Shown: positions 46,642-56,540, counted from the first letter of the stretch. The stretch is DNA of 59,913 nucleotides from Gammaproteobacteria bacterium (GCA_965662575.1 CBFIHN010000003.1:1-59913), one strand, 5' to 3'. Made by a program: numbers and translations. The notes: a model not told the origin generated them from the letters alone.

Positions 46642-47631
46642 GTGATTATGCAGACAAACCTTTACCCCTGGCAAGAAAAAAACTGGCAACAGTTTGAACA
46701 ACGTTTTCAACAACAGAAACAACCACATGCCTTACTATTTGCCGGACAAGTAGGCCTTGGCAAATATCATTTTGCATGCCATGCTGCACAATATTTGCTG
46801 TGTGCACAACACCAAGCATGTGGTCAATGTAAGGCTTGCCATTTATTCTCTGCTAACACACACGCAGATTTTCTCTGCATTGAACCAGAAGGAAAGTCAC
46901 AAACGATTAAAGTCGATCAGATTCGTGAATTAACCGATTTTATTGCCAGCCGTCCGCAACAAGGTGATTATCGTGTCATCATTATTCACCATGCCGAGCG
47001 AATGAATACAGCCGCAAGTAATGCCCTATTGAAATCACTTGAAGAGCCTGGCGAACACTGTGTATTTTTCTTAACCAGCGCTCAACCCATGCAACTACTA
47101 GCAACTGTACGTAGCCGTTTACAAATGATGCTATTTCATGCATCGCTGGAACAAAGTCAACACTGGCTAGAACAACAGTCATTAAAAACCGATTTATCAC
47201 TAGCGGAACTATGGGCGTTAAATCCTGGCTCACCATTACAAATTCCAGCCATGATAGACAGTGGCAATTTGAGTCAACAACTGGCATTTATTTCACAACT
47301 GCTCACAGGAACCCACCCTATTGCACTAGCCGAACGCTATAAAGACCAGCCAGCGACGACAGTTTTACATTGGTTAGTGAACGCGTTAACAGATGTTTTA
47401 AAAGCGCAATCTGGCATCGATCACCTCCGTTACCTGAGTTACGCACCACAACTACAGCAATATGCGCAAACCATCGATCCCATCAAAGCGTTTAATTTAT
47501 TAGATCATTGCCACAAAATACAGGCCAGCTTGCAACAAGCGGTTGCTTTAAATACACAACTGCTACTTGAAGAAACTTTGATTTATTGGCACAGGCTAAG
47601 GCTCAAAACCGAGTCTATGGCTCATCAATGA
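46642..47631 (+). CDS. holB: DNA polymerase III subunit delta-prime
   Basis: 329 aa. HALLFAGQVGLGK, zinc module CGQCKACHL, and the SRLQ sensor motif. Confidence 0.85.
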   Translation: MIMQTNLYPWQEKNWQQFEQRFQQQKQPHALLFAGQVGLGKYHFACHAAQYLLCAQHQACGQCKACHLFSANTHADFLCIEPEGKSQTIKVDQIRELTDFIASRPQQGDYRVIIIHHAERMNTAASNALLKSLEEPGEHCVFFLTSAQPMQLLATVRSRLQMMLFHASLEQSQHWLEQQSLKTDLSLAELWALNPGSPLQIPAMIDSGNLSQQLAFISQLLTGTHPIALAERYKDQPATTVLHWLVNALTDVLKAQSGIDHLRYLSYAPQLQQYAQTIDPIKAFNLLDHCHKIQASLQQAVALNTQLLLEETLIYWHRLRLKTESMAHQ

Positions 47632-49075
47632 ATTCCCGATACACCAAATCAACAATCGACTGCCCTGGTTGTAACTGTGCTGTTTTTTCCAAAACCAAAT
47701 GCGCAACTTGCCGATAATCGCCACACAGATCGTGCTGCGCCAAACGAAATAACACATAGCGTACGGCGCGATCAACTAACTTCGCATTACTCGGTTTTAA
47801 CTGCACCATGATATTGCCTTGGTAATACCCCATACGCCCCATCAACAAAGTTGAATGAAGATTTAATACGATTTTTAACCATAATTGTGACCAAAATGTG
47901 GCTACTGATTGTGGCAGTGCCAATCTAGCAGATAGTCGATCCAGAGAAAAGTAACACTGCTGATGATCATGGGCAATATTAAAACCATGCGCACTATCGA
48001 CGGTAGATTGAAGCTGACGCTCAGCTAAATAATCTGCCATTGTGTTAGGAAACTGCGACCAATTTAAGCAAAAACTCGGACGCTGTAATAATTGATCTAA
48101 TGCCAAGCTTTTATCTGCACCAATAGCTATACCATACAACGCACCGCGCCCCAAATTTGGCAAGTTAAATGTTGGCGCACGTTCTGTGAGATCGGCTAAC
48201 ACACCCAAAGCTAATGATAACGATGTGCGATAACACACCGGCTGCTGGCGTTGATAACATTGTGCTTCAAATGCAATGAGGTCACTCATACTCCGTAAAT
48301 CTTGTTGTAAAAAATGTTGTCTAAAGTCTGTGAACTCTGATCGCCACGTCTTGCGGTCAAACAATAAAACTCGTGCTAGTGCTAGCCATTGTGCCGTTGT
48401 TGCTTGCAGCCTTGTACTGCCTGTTAACGCCATGGGCCCAACATCAAGCAACAAAGAGTGCACCATTTTCTCGGCTAATGGATGTTTAGGATGACGTGCT
48501 AACAATTGATCCGCCGGGTTGCTATGGACTAACCAGGGGGCATGGTGACTATGGGCAACCGCGTAATTCAGTGCTGATAAAATAAAGGGAGAACTCCCAC
48601 TTGCACTGAGACCGATCAATAAATCATTCTCCTTAAAGCCCTGCTGCTGCAATTGCTTAATGGCTAACGCTTGTCCATCCTCAAATCCCTCAACGGCTTC
48701 TAGTAAGGCAATATCTCCGCCAGCAATCACACTATGAACACTGTCAGCAAGACCTTGTTGTCGTGACAATGCTTCAATCAATGCCGCCGCACGACCGCTG
48801 GAACCACAACCAACTAAAAAAATACGTCCTTGTTGTGACACCTCTTGGCATTGGGCTGCTAGTTGCGCTAGCAGCGATTCTTGCTGCGCAATGCAAGCAA
48901 AAACCGGCGCCTCAGCTTGTTGCATGAGGTCAATAGCAGATGGCAAATGTGCTTGTGCAAGTTGTGATAACTCCGCCGTTTTGGGATTGGGTTGCTCGGT
49001 TGTTAGTGGCGTGGCGAACGTTGTGTTATAGGCCTGCCAAAAGTGCTGTTGATTAATCGCCATGCCAAACACCAC
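47615..49075 (-). CDS. SIS-domain protein of the MurQ / GCKR family, enlarged (486 aa)
   Basis: Residues ~30-238 are collinear with MurQ (VGCGSSGRAA, AGGDIALLEAVEGFEDG, LTGSTRLQATTAQ). Residues ~398-441, LKIVLNLHSTLLMGRMGYYQGNIMVQLKPSNAKLVDRAVRYV, match the MurQ C-terminal segment. About 160 extra residues lie between the two. Overlaps the anmK stop. Confidence 0.7.
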   Translation of the reverse strand: MVFGMAINQQHFWQAYNTTFATPLTTEQPNPKTAELSQLAQAHLPSAIDLMQQAEAPVFACIAQQESLLAQLAAQCQEVSQQGRIFLVGCGSSGRAAALIEALSRQQGLADSVHSVIAGGDIALLEAVEGFEDGQALAIKQLQQQGFKENDLLIGLSASGSSPFILSALNYAVAHSHHAPWLVHSNPADQLLARHPKHPLAEKMVHSLLLDVGPMALTGSTRLQATTAQWLALARVLLFDRKTWRSEFTDFRQHFLQQDLRSMSDLIAFEAQCYQRQQPVCYRTSLSLALGVLADLTERAPTFNLPNLGRGALYGIAIGADKSLALDQLLQRPSFCLNWSQFPNTMADYLAERQLQSTVDSAHGFNIAHDHQQCYFSLDRLSARLALPQSVATFWSQLWLKIVLNLHSTLLMGRMGYYQGNIMVQLKPSNAKLVDRAVRYVLFRLAQHDLCGDYRQVAHLVLEKTAQLQPGQSIVDLVYREFIDEP

Positions 49076-50147
49076 CTAACGTCACATCACAACGAGCACC
49101 AGTAACACGGGGAAGATTGGCCGATAAACCCTGGAGACGTCGATATGCTAGCCAAGCAAAACACATTGCTTCAATATAATCTGGGTCAACACCCAACATC
49201 TGTGTGCTCTCCACCGTCATATTAGGTAAATGTATGGCCAAACGCTCTAGCAAAAACGCATTATGTACACCGCCACCACAAACAAACAGCTCCCCATGAG
49301 TTTGATGCTTTTGCACGGATTGTGTGATAGACATTGCCGTTAGCTCGGTTAACGTACAGGCCACATCCGCTGCAGGTATTGTCGCGAAATGATCGAGCTG
49401 CTGTTGTAGCCATGGCAGATTAAACGTATCTCTCCCCGTACTTTTAGGCCAAGCGCTGGCAAAATAAGGGTGGTTAAGTAGTTGTGTCAGCAGTGGCTGA
49501 TGAAGTTTGCCCGATCGTGCCCAAACACCTCCGTCGTCATAAGCCATTTGTCTTTGCTGCATTGACCAAGCATCCATTAGCATATTACCCGGTCCTGTGT
49601 CATAACCAAGGACATCATGACAAGGTGATAGTACCGTCACATTGGCGATACCACCGATATTTAGCAGTGTGCGTTTTTTTTGCTTATCTGCAAATAATGC
49701 TTGATGAAAAGCTGGTACTAGCGGCGCACCTTGACCACCAAAGGCCATATCTTTGCGTCGAAAATCTGCAACGACACGGATTTGGGTCTTGGCAGCTAAC
49801 AGGTTGGGATCACCCAACTGCCATGTCTGACCTTTATCGGGATGATGAAAAATCGTTTGCCCATGACAGCCAATTGCCTCAATGGCCCTACCATCAATCG
49901 CTGTGGCACTGAGTGCTTGTAGAACAATATCGCTATAAATGATGGCTAATTGCTGATCAAGCGCGGCAATCTGAGATAAACGAACAGGATGGTGCTGAAT
50001 GTGCAGTAAATCAGCTTTTAAATCATCCGCATAGGCTTGATAACCACCATAGATTAAGCCACACTGATGTTCATCACATGCCATGATCGCGATATCGACA
50101 CCATCTAAACTGGTGCCACTCATGAGACCTATATAATATTTCTTCAT
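49053..50147 (-). CDS. anmK: Anhydro-N-acetylmuramic acid kinase
   Basis: 364 aa. YIGLMSGTSLDGVDIAI N-terminus and NIGGIAN motif. Confidence 0.93.
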   Translation of the reverse strand: MKKYYIGLMSGTSLDGVDIAIMACDEHQCGLIYGGYQAYADDLKADLLHIQHHPVRLSQIAALDQQLAIIYSDIVLQALSATAIDGRAIEAIGCHGQTIFHHPDKGQTWQLGDPNLLAAKTQIRVVADFRRKDMAFGGQGAPLVPAFHQALFADKQKKRTLLNIGGIANVTVLSPCHDVLGYDTGPGNMLMDAWSMQQRQMAYDDGGVWARSGKLHQPLLTQLLNHPYFASAWPKSTGRDTFNLPWLQQQLDHFATIPAADVACTLTELTAMSITQSVQKHQTHGELFVCGGGVHNAFLLERLAIHLPNMTVESTQMLGVDPDYIEAMCFAWLAYRRLQGLSANLPRVTGARCDVTLGGVWHGD

Positions 50148-50237
50148 TCTCTTATAATAAACTCATCCGCCATCAACAGCCGACTCATTTATCCCTAGTC
50201 AATATGTCGTCTATGCGGCAGAGCCCTAGCCATACAA

Positions 50238-50380
50238 GGGGACTGTTGCAAGCTGGCTTATAGCGAGCAATAGCTAGACGAAAAAAATTAAAAAAGCGGC
50301 GTTTATACCTAATCAACGAGCAGTTTTTCATTTTTTTCAACGATACGAGTGCCGCTAGAAATTGGTTTGCAATAGTCCCC
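50238..50380 (+). repeat. Palindromic MITE/REP-like element, copy 2 (143 bp)
   Basis: GGGGACTGTTGCAAGCTGG ... GGTTTGCAATAGTCCCC. Lies in the anmK-nagA divergent intergenic region and ends 30 nt before the nagA ATG. Confidence 0.9.
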
Positions 50381-50410
50381 AGGGCGATGTCTTATCGGAA
50401 CGAATAAAAC

Positions 50411-51577
50411 ATGATCGATAACCTACCACAGCACTATCAAATCACCGGCCCATCCCTTTATACGGAAAATGGCGTGCTGGAGCAACACACGCTCGAGCTC
50501 AAAAAGGGGGTTATCAAAGCGATCTACCCTGATGACGATAACAACCCAACACTGCCGATCTATCGTTGGCCATCAGATTACTGTCTACTCCCCAGTTTTA
50601 TTGACCTACATATTCATGGCTGTCACGGTGTTGATGTCATGGATGCATCGATCGAGAGTTTGCAAACAATCAGCCATCACTTAACCACCCAGGGTGTGGG
50701 TGGTTTCTTGGCCACCACAATGACATCAAGCAACGAAGCAATAACAGCGGCACTGCAGGCAGTCCATCAAGCACAGATGAGTGGCGTAGCCCCTAATTTA
50801 CTGGGCGTACATCTCGAAGGGCCATTTCTCAACCCAGAAAAAATGGGTGCTCAACCTGGCGGATATATCCAAACAGCGAATATTAAGCTATTCGCACAGT
50901 GGCAACAAAGCTCGGGCAATGTAATCCGTCAAATTACCTTAGCACCAGAGATGCCTGGCGCAATGGATTTTATTCATTACCTACACACAACAGACCCTCA
51001 ATTGATTATCTCTGCGGGTCACTCCAATGCCAGTTGCCAACAAGCACGACAAGCCTTTGCTGCCGGCGTGAATCACTGTACACATTTACATAATGCGATG
51101 AGCGGCTTACACCACCGCCAACCAGGCTTAGCAACAGCGGTGATGTTAAGTGAATCAATCAGTGCTGAATTAATTGCCGATGGTATTCATGTTGCACCCG
51201 ACATGTTAAAACTGACCGTCAATGTTTTGGGCTGTGATCGCCTGGTTTTGGTTACTGACGCTATGTGTGCTCAAGGCTTAGGTCATGGTCAATTTACACT
51301 GGCTGGGCAGCAGGTCGCTGTTAGCAATGGTCAGGCTCGTCTAGCTAATGGCACACTCGCGGGCAGTGTTTTGCGCTTAGACCATGCGGTGAAGAATTTA
51401 TGTCGCGATACGAATATCTCATTGCTTGACGCTGTTCACATGGCTAGCCTCAACCCCGCACGAAAATTGGGCATTGACCATCAAGTTGGTTCCATAGCAG
51501 CAGGGAAACGTGCCAATCTGCAGCTGCGTGATCGAGAATTTAAACTTGTGCAAATTTTTGATTACGGTAGGATATAG
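50411..51577 (+). CDS. nagA: N-acetylglucosamine-6-phosphate deacetylase
   Basis: 388 aa. DLHIHGCHGVD metal motif, HLEGPF, GHSNA and HLHNAM motifs. Confidence 0.92.
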   Translation: MIDNLPQHYQITGPSLYTENGVLEQHTLELKKGVIKAIYPDDDNNPTLPIYRWPSDYCLLPSFIDLHIHGCHGVDVMDASIESLQTISHHLTTQGVGGFLATTMTSSNEAITAALQAVHQAQMSGVAPNLLGVHLEGPFLNPEKMGAQPGGYIQTANIKLFAQWQQSSGNVIRQITLAPEMPGAMDFIHYLHTTDPQLIISAGHSNASCQQARQAFAAGVNHCTHLHNAMSGLHHRQPGLATAVMLSESISAELIADGIHVAPDMLKLTVNVLGCDRLVLVTDAMCAQGLGHGQFTLAGQQVAVSNGQARLANGTLAGSVLRLDHAVKNLCRDTNISLLDAVHMASLNPARKLGIDHQVGSIAAGKRANLQLRDREFKLVQIFDYGRI

Positions 51578-51599
51578 TCATCACAATTTAGTATGTGAT

Positions 51600-51740
51600 G
51601 GGGCTGTTGCGAGCTGGTTTATAACGGGCAATAACTAGAAGAAAAAAATTAAAAAAGCGGAGTTTATACCTAATAAACGAGCAGTTTTTCATTTTTTTCA
51701 ATGACGCTAGTGCCGTTAGGAATTGGTTTGCAACAGTCTC
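51600..51740 (+). repeat. Palindromic MITE/REP-like element, copy 3 (141 bp)
   Basis: GGGGCTGTTGCGAGCTGG ... GGTTTGCAACAGTCTC. Starts 22 nt after the nagA stop. Confidence 0.9.
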
Positions 51741-51839
51741 ATATGTGTGCTGTGCTGACAGTCACATTGTCAAGTATCATGACAATAGATGATGTTGTGG
51801 ATCCATCGGGTCGACAACCAACCAACAGAGAGGTTAAAA

Positions 51840-52298
51840 ATGACAATACCGACGATTGGCGATCATGTCCCTAATTTTTCTTTTCAAGCAACCTCTGGCT
51901 TACAAGCGCAACTAAGCGACTACCGAGGTAAAACCGTGATTTTGTATTTTTACCCCAAAGACAATACACCGGGTTGCACCACCGAAAGTAAAGACTTCAC
52001 CGCGCAATATCAACGATTAGCTAATGCCAATGCGGTTATTTTTGGCGTATCACGTGATTCCTTAAAATCGCACGAAAATTTTAAGGCTAAATTTGAGATG
52101 CCTTTCGAACTGATTTCAGATGCCGATAGTGCATTGTGCAATCTATTTGATGTGATCAAAGAAAAAAACATGTATGGCCGCAAATATATGGGCATTGAGC
52201 GCAGCACCTTTATGATTAACCCCGAGGGGGTTTTAAGCAATGAATGGCGTAAAGTTAAGGTGCCAGGTCATGTCGATGCCGTATTAGCATCACTGTAG
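51840..52298 (+). CDS. bcp: Thioredoxin-dependent peroxiredoxin Bcp
   Basis: ATG 51840 follows an AGAGAGG site. YFYPKDNTPGCTTE contains the peroxidatic Cys motif. Confidence 0.9.
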   Translation: MTIPTIGDHVPNFSFQATSGLQAQLSDYRGKTVILYFYPKDNTPGCTTESKDFTAQYQRLANANAVIFGVSRDSLKSHENFKAKFEMPFELISDADSALCNLFDVIKEKNMYGRKYMGIERSTFMINPEGVLSNEWRKVKVPGHVDAVLASL

Positions 52299-52304
52299 TA
52301 CAAC

Positions 52305-53597
52305 CTAACCTCGTGGCATCAGGAAATAGACCAAAAACACGATGGCCAAGACGGCCAAAAATGGATGGATCTTGCGCCACCGTTTTAACGCCAGGTTCAA
52401 CATCACATAACAAATCACACCAAGGCCAACGCCATCAGCAATAGAAAACGTGAGTGGGATCATCAGCAATGTGATGATGGCGGGAATAAATTCACTCGAC
52501 TCATGCCAGTCAACTTTGGCAAAAGGCTTAATCATCATACAGGAAACGTAAAACAACGCCGCAGATGTCGCGAAATTTGGGATACTATTAGCTAAAGGTG
52601 CGAAAAATAGGGCCAATAAAAATAACCCGGCAACAATAATAGCGGTTAACCCTGTGCGCCCACCGGCTTTAACCCCAGCAGCATTTTCGATAAATGGTGA
52701 CACCGTCGTACTACCAATGATGCTAGCTGCGGTGGTGGCAATACTCTCTGAGAACAAAGCGCGATTGATTCGTTTGAATTGCTGACGGTTATTCCCAGCA
52801 CCCATTTGATGAGACAGGCCGATCATTGCACCGGTGCTATCAAATAAAGCAACAATCAAAAAAGTAAAAATAACGGGGAATGCTTGCCAATGTGCCAACG
52901 GCGAAAAATGCATTTGCCAAACATTCTCCGCCATACTCGGTGGTAGACTCATCAAACCTTGAAAATGTGTAATACCAAATGCCATACCAAGTAGCGTTGT
53001 GATGGCCATACCAATTAAAATGGCACCAGGCGTTTGCCGATAATCTAAAATTGAAATGATAAAAAACCCAAGGAAAAATAAGGCAATCGATGGTGCTCTA
53101 AGCTGGCCCAATGCGACTAACGTTTCATGATTACCAACCACCAAACCAATATTCTTTAATGCGATAAACCCAATAAAGAAACCAATCCCTGCAGCAATTG
53201 AACACCCCAATGATGGTGGAATGGCTGCTAGAATTAACTCGCGAATACGGGTGACTGTAATCAAAAAGAAAATCATACCGGAAAGGCAAACCGCGGCTAA
53301 ACCCGAATGCCAATCTAAACCAGGTTGATGAACCACCACATAGGAAAAGTATGCCAGCAAGCCCAAACCTGGGGCCATCGCAAAAGGCAAATTAGACATC
53401 AGTCCTGAGAGTACACTGGCAAAGGCCGCAATCGCGCAAGTCGCAACAAAGGCAGCACCATGACTCATCCCAGCTTGCTCTAACATCATTGGCGCAATAA
53501 TGATGATATACGCCATGGTAAAGAATGTGGTTATCCCTGCTAACAACTCACGTTTAACTGTGGTGTGATTGTCTTGCAGGCGGAACAAATTCATCAT
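52305..53597 (-). CDS. NCS2-family purine (adenine/guanine/hypoxanthine) permease, AzgA-like
   Basis: MMNLFRLQDNHTTVKRELLAGITTFFTMAYIIII N-terminus. ATG 53597 is preceded by AGGAG with a 9-nt spacer. The longer ORF reaching 53756 would overlap the upstream CPA2 gene. Confidence 0.85.
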   Translation of the reverse strand: MMNLFRLQDNHTTVKRELLAGITTFFTMAYIIIIAPMMLEQAGMSHGAAFVATCAIAAFASVLSGLMSNLPFAMAPGLGLLAYFSYVVVHQPGLDWHSGLAAVCLSGMIFFLITVTRIRELILAAIPPSLGCSIAAGIGFFIGFIALKNIGLVVGNHETLVALGQLRAPSIALFFLGFFIISILDYRQTPGAILIGMAITTLLGMAFGITHFQGLMSLPPSMAENVWQMHFSPLAHWQAFPVIFTFLIVALFDSTGAMIGLSHQMGAGNNRQQFKRINRALFSESIATTAASIIGSTTVSPFIENAAGVKAGGRTGLTAIIVAGLFLLALFFAPLANSIPNFATSAALFYVSCMMIKPFAKVDWHESSEFIPAIITLLMIPLTFSIADGVGLGVICYVMLNLALKRWRKIHPFLAVLAIVFLVYFLMPRG

Positions 53598-53628
53598 CGT
53601 GCTGAACTCCTGTGATTGTGCACGAAGT

Positions 53629-55263
53629 CTAGCATGAAATGGTGCTAGCCAGTCGTGCGCACAATGCTTTCCCTGCCTCAACATTCTCTGCAATGGCATG
53701 GACATTGCCATAGCTTTCGAGCTGCCTGAGTTCGGTCTGATTTTTACAGCGGACAAAAATACTCAATTCCGGGTGATGCCGAGTGACATATTGCAAAATC
53801 ATCTGAGTGGCTTGCATACCATAAAAACTAATCACCATGGCTTTAGCATAGCGACAGCGTGCAGCCTCTAAAATTTGCGGATGTGCTGCATCACCATAGG
53901 TCACATTATGACCTATTTTCCTACCCAGCTTGATACTATAGGGATTAAGCTCTAAGGCAATAAATGCTTGATCTTGCTCACAAAGTGATGCTGCGATTTG
54001 CTCTCCAACACGACCATAACCACATAAAATGACATGACCAACTAACTGCTCACCCTGTTGGAGCACAGATGATTCTGTTTGTGGCTTGTGCTTTTTATTC
54101 ACTCGTAAAATAAACCTTTTGATTACCTCATTATGGCGAATAATCATCGGTGCCAGTGCCATTGAAATTAATAATGCAGCAAGCACTGATTGACCATAAT
54201 TGCTAGGCAATAGTTGATGTGTTAGTGCTAAGGTCAACAACGCAAAACCAAACTCACCACCTTGCGCCAAGATAATCCCGGTTTTGCTTGACATACTCCA
54301 TGTCGATTTATTCAATCGCGCCAATAGAGTAATTAGCAACGGTTTAGCAAACATAAAACCCAGCAGCATTAAGAGTATCCACACCCAGCTGTGATACCAG
54401 CTTTCGACATTCACCAACATCCCCACAGAAATAAAAAACAGACCCAATAGAATATCCTTAAATGGGCGAATTTCCACTTTAATTTGATGGCGAAATTCTG
54501 TCTCACCAAGCATCATCCCTGCCAAAAAAGCACCCAGAACAAAAGACAGTCCAAGCACATGTGTCAGCCATGCAGCACCGATGGCAATTAATAAGACCGC
54601 TAACGTAAAGGTTTCCACTAGGCGTGTTGCCGCAATCAGCCTCAGCACCGGCTGTAATAACCAACGACCGGCAGCAATAATGATCACAATGGCGGTAACC
54701 CCTTTCATCAGCGCAAGTAAAACTTCCGTCCATGATGCAGCGGTGCTAGCCGGTGCAAAACTTGCTATAGCGATTAACATGGGAATAACCGCTAAATCCT
54801 GTGCCAATAAAATGGCAAAGGCATTGCGCCCATGTTCGGTGTGTAGCTCATATTGATCAGATAACTGCTTCATTACAATTGCGGTAGATGACATGGCAAT
54901 AACACAGCCAATGATCAGCGATTGCGACAACGGCATACCCAGCAACAAGCCCAACATACTTCCACTAGCAATACTAATAACCACCTGCAACCCACCAAGG
55001 AAAAAGACCCGATGACGCAGGGCGAATAGACGCGATAAAGAAAATTCTAAACCAACGGTGAACATTAATAGGACAATACCGAACTCAGCTAATTCTTTAA
55101 TTGCATTCTGATCAGGAAGCCAATCCAAAACATGAGGCCCCATAATCGCACCAGCCACTAAATAACCTAAAACAACCGGCAAACGCATATAGCGAAAGAC
55201 TAAGGTCACACCTAAAGCGATGAGTAAAATAACGAGGATACTTTCGAGAATGCCAAAGCTCAT
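53629..55263 (-). CDS. CPA2-family monovalent cation:proton antiporter with a C-terminal RCK/TrkA-N domain (KefB/KefC-like)
   Basis: 544 aa. About 12 TM helices, then HVILCGYGRVGEQIA Rossmann (RCK) motif. Confidence 0.85.
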   Translation of the reverse strand: MSFGILESILVILLIALGVTLVFRYMRLPVVLGYLVAGAIMGPHVLDWLPDQNAIKELAEFGIVLLMFTVGLEFSLSRLFALRHRVFFLGGLQVVISIASGSMLGLLLGMPLSQSLIIGCVIAMSSTAIVMKQLSDQYELHTEHGRNAFAILLAQDLAVIPMLIAIASFAPASTAASWTEVLLALMKGVTAIVIIIAAGRWLLQPVLRLIAATRLVETFTLAVLLIAIGAAWLTHVLGLSFVLGAFLAGMMLGETEFRHQIKVEIRPFKDILLGLFFISVGMLVNVESWYHSWVWILLMLLGFMFAKPLLITLLARLNKSTWSMSSKTGIILAQGGEFGFALLTLALTHQLLPSNYGQSVLAALLISMALAPMIIRHNEVIKRFILRVNKKHKPQTESSVLQQGEQLVGHVILCGYGRVGEQIAASLCEQDQAFIALELNPYSIKLGRKIGHNVTYGDAAHPQILEAARCRYAKAMVISFYGMQATQMILQYVTRHHPELSIFVRCKNQTELRQLESYGNVHAIAENVEAGKALCARLASTISC

Positions 55264-55577
55264 ATCTATTTATATCAAACAGGAATACTAGGTGATTATT
55301 ACGATAAATGATCGATTCATCAAGGAACATCAGCAACATTGTAGCCCCAAAGCGATAATATCCAGTGTCTCCAAAGTTAAAATATTCGCTTCTGGTTATT
55401 CAAAAGTTTGGTATGACCCTAATAACTTTTACAGAGTGATACGGCTAAAGCAATTAGACATTGAGATCGCTTACAAGCACTCAAATTTTTTTTACGAGAA
55501 TTGACAAAAATATTCGAATTGCTGGCGATGTTACAGATTGATTGATTCGGGTGGTTTACCACCCATTTAATGATGAG

Positions 55578-56540
55578 TCAACGCGTAGAGAAGTCAGTAA
55601 TATGGTGCAATAACCGTTGGTAACTCTGCCATCGTGATGCACTCATTATACCGGTTTGATGTGCTTTTACTACGGCACAGCCTGGTTCATTTTGATGCTG
55701 GCAATTACGGAACTGACAATGTCCCAAAATACTTTGTAGTTCACGAAACCCTTGGAGGATTTGCTGCTGCGATAAATCCCACAAACCAAACTCACGAATG
55801 CCTGGGGAATCGATAATGCGGATATCACCTGGCAAATCATACAGCATCGCCGTTGTTGTGGTATGCTTTCCTTTGCGATTGATGTGTGAAATTGCCCCTT
55901 CTACTGCCAGCTTACTGCCATTGAGTACATTTAATAGGGCAGATTTACCAACGCCAGATTGTCCAACGAAAATACTAGTCTTATGACGTAAATGCTGTTT
56001 TAAATTATCTAATGATGCCGCCTCATGAACACTACTAAAAACGACGGTATAGGCTAAAGATTGATAAACAGCAATTTGCCGCTCTAATACCTGCTGCTGT
56101 TGCTGATCGGCAAGATCCGTTTTATTAACGACCAATAACGCATCAAAGCCTTGCAGCTCAGCGGCGATCATATATTTATCAAGATAGTAGGGGATTAATT
56201 CCGGTGTCACTGCGGCGACAATCACCATTTGGTCAATATTAGCCGCAATATCCTTGGTCTTTTTATAGACATCTGGGCGCGACAATAACGAGCACCGTGG
56301 CTGGCGATAACACACTATTGCCTCGCCTTGATCCAATTGCCAGTGAACAATGTCACCAGCAACTAAAGAACCTAAGTTTTGACGTGGTATCGCTTCAACT
56401 GTTTCACCTGACTGCTGACGTAGTAAAACGGTTTGACCGTAATTAGCAATGACTGTCGCGAAATTTTCACCATTAACCAAACTTTGCTGACGTTCTTGAA
56501 TCCGTCGCTGTTGCTGCTGGGTGAGTTGTCGCGACATCAA
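55578..56540 (-). CDS. rsgA: Ribosome small-subunit-dependent GTPase A
   Basis: 320 aa. Circularly permuted GTPase (NKTDL then GQSGVGKSAL) and a C-terminal zinc knuckle CQFRNCQHQNEPGC. Confidence 0.92.
   Translation of the reverse strand: MMSRQLTQQQQRRIQERQQSLVNGENFATVIANYGQTVLLRQQSGETVEAIPRQNLGSLVAGDIVHWQLDQGEAIVCYRQPRCSLLSRPDVYKKTKDIAANIDQMVIVAAVTPELIPYYLDKYMIAAELQGFDALLVVNKTDLADQQQQQVLERQIAVYQSLAYTVVFSSVHEAASLDNLKQHLRHKTSIFVGQSGVGKSALLNVLNGSKLAVEGAISHINRKGKHTTTTAMLYDLPGDIRIIDSPGIREFGLWDLSQQQILQGFRELQSILGHCQFRNCQHQNEPGCAVVKAHQTGIMSASRWQSYQRLLHHITDFSTR

Noticed and set aside
55292-55504. 70-aa ORF in the 314-nt AT-rich gap between the CPA2 antiporter gene and rsgA.
   Set aside because: No ribosome-binding site and a low-complexity sequence. 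The region more likely holds the antiporter promoter and the rsgA 3-prime end.
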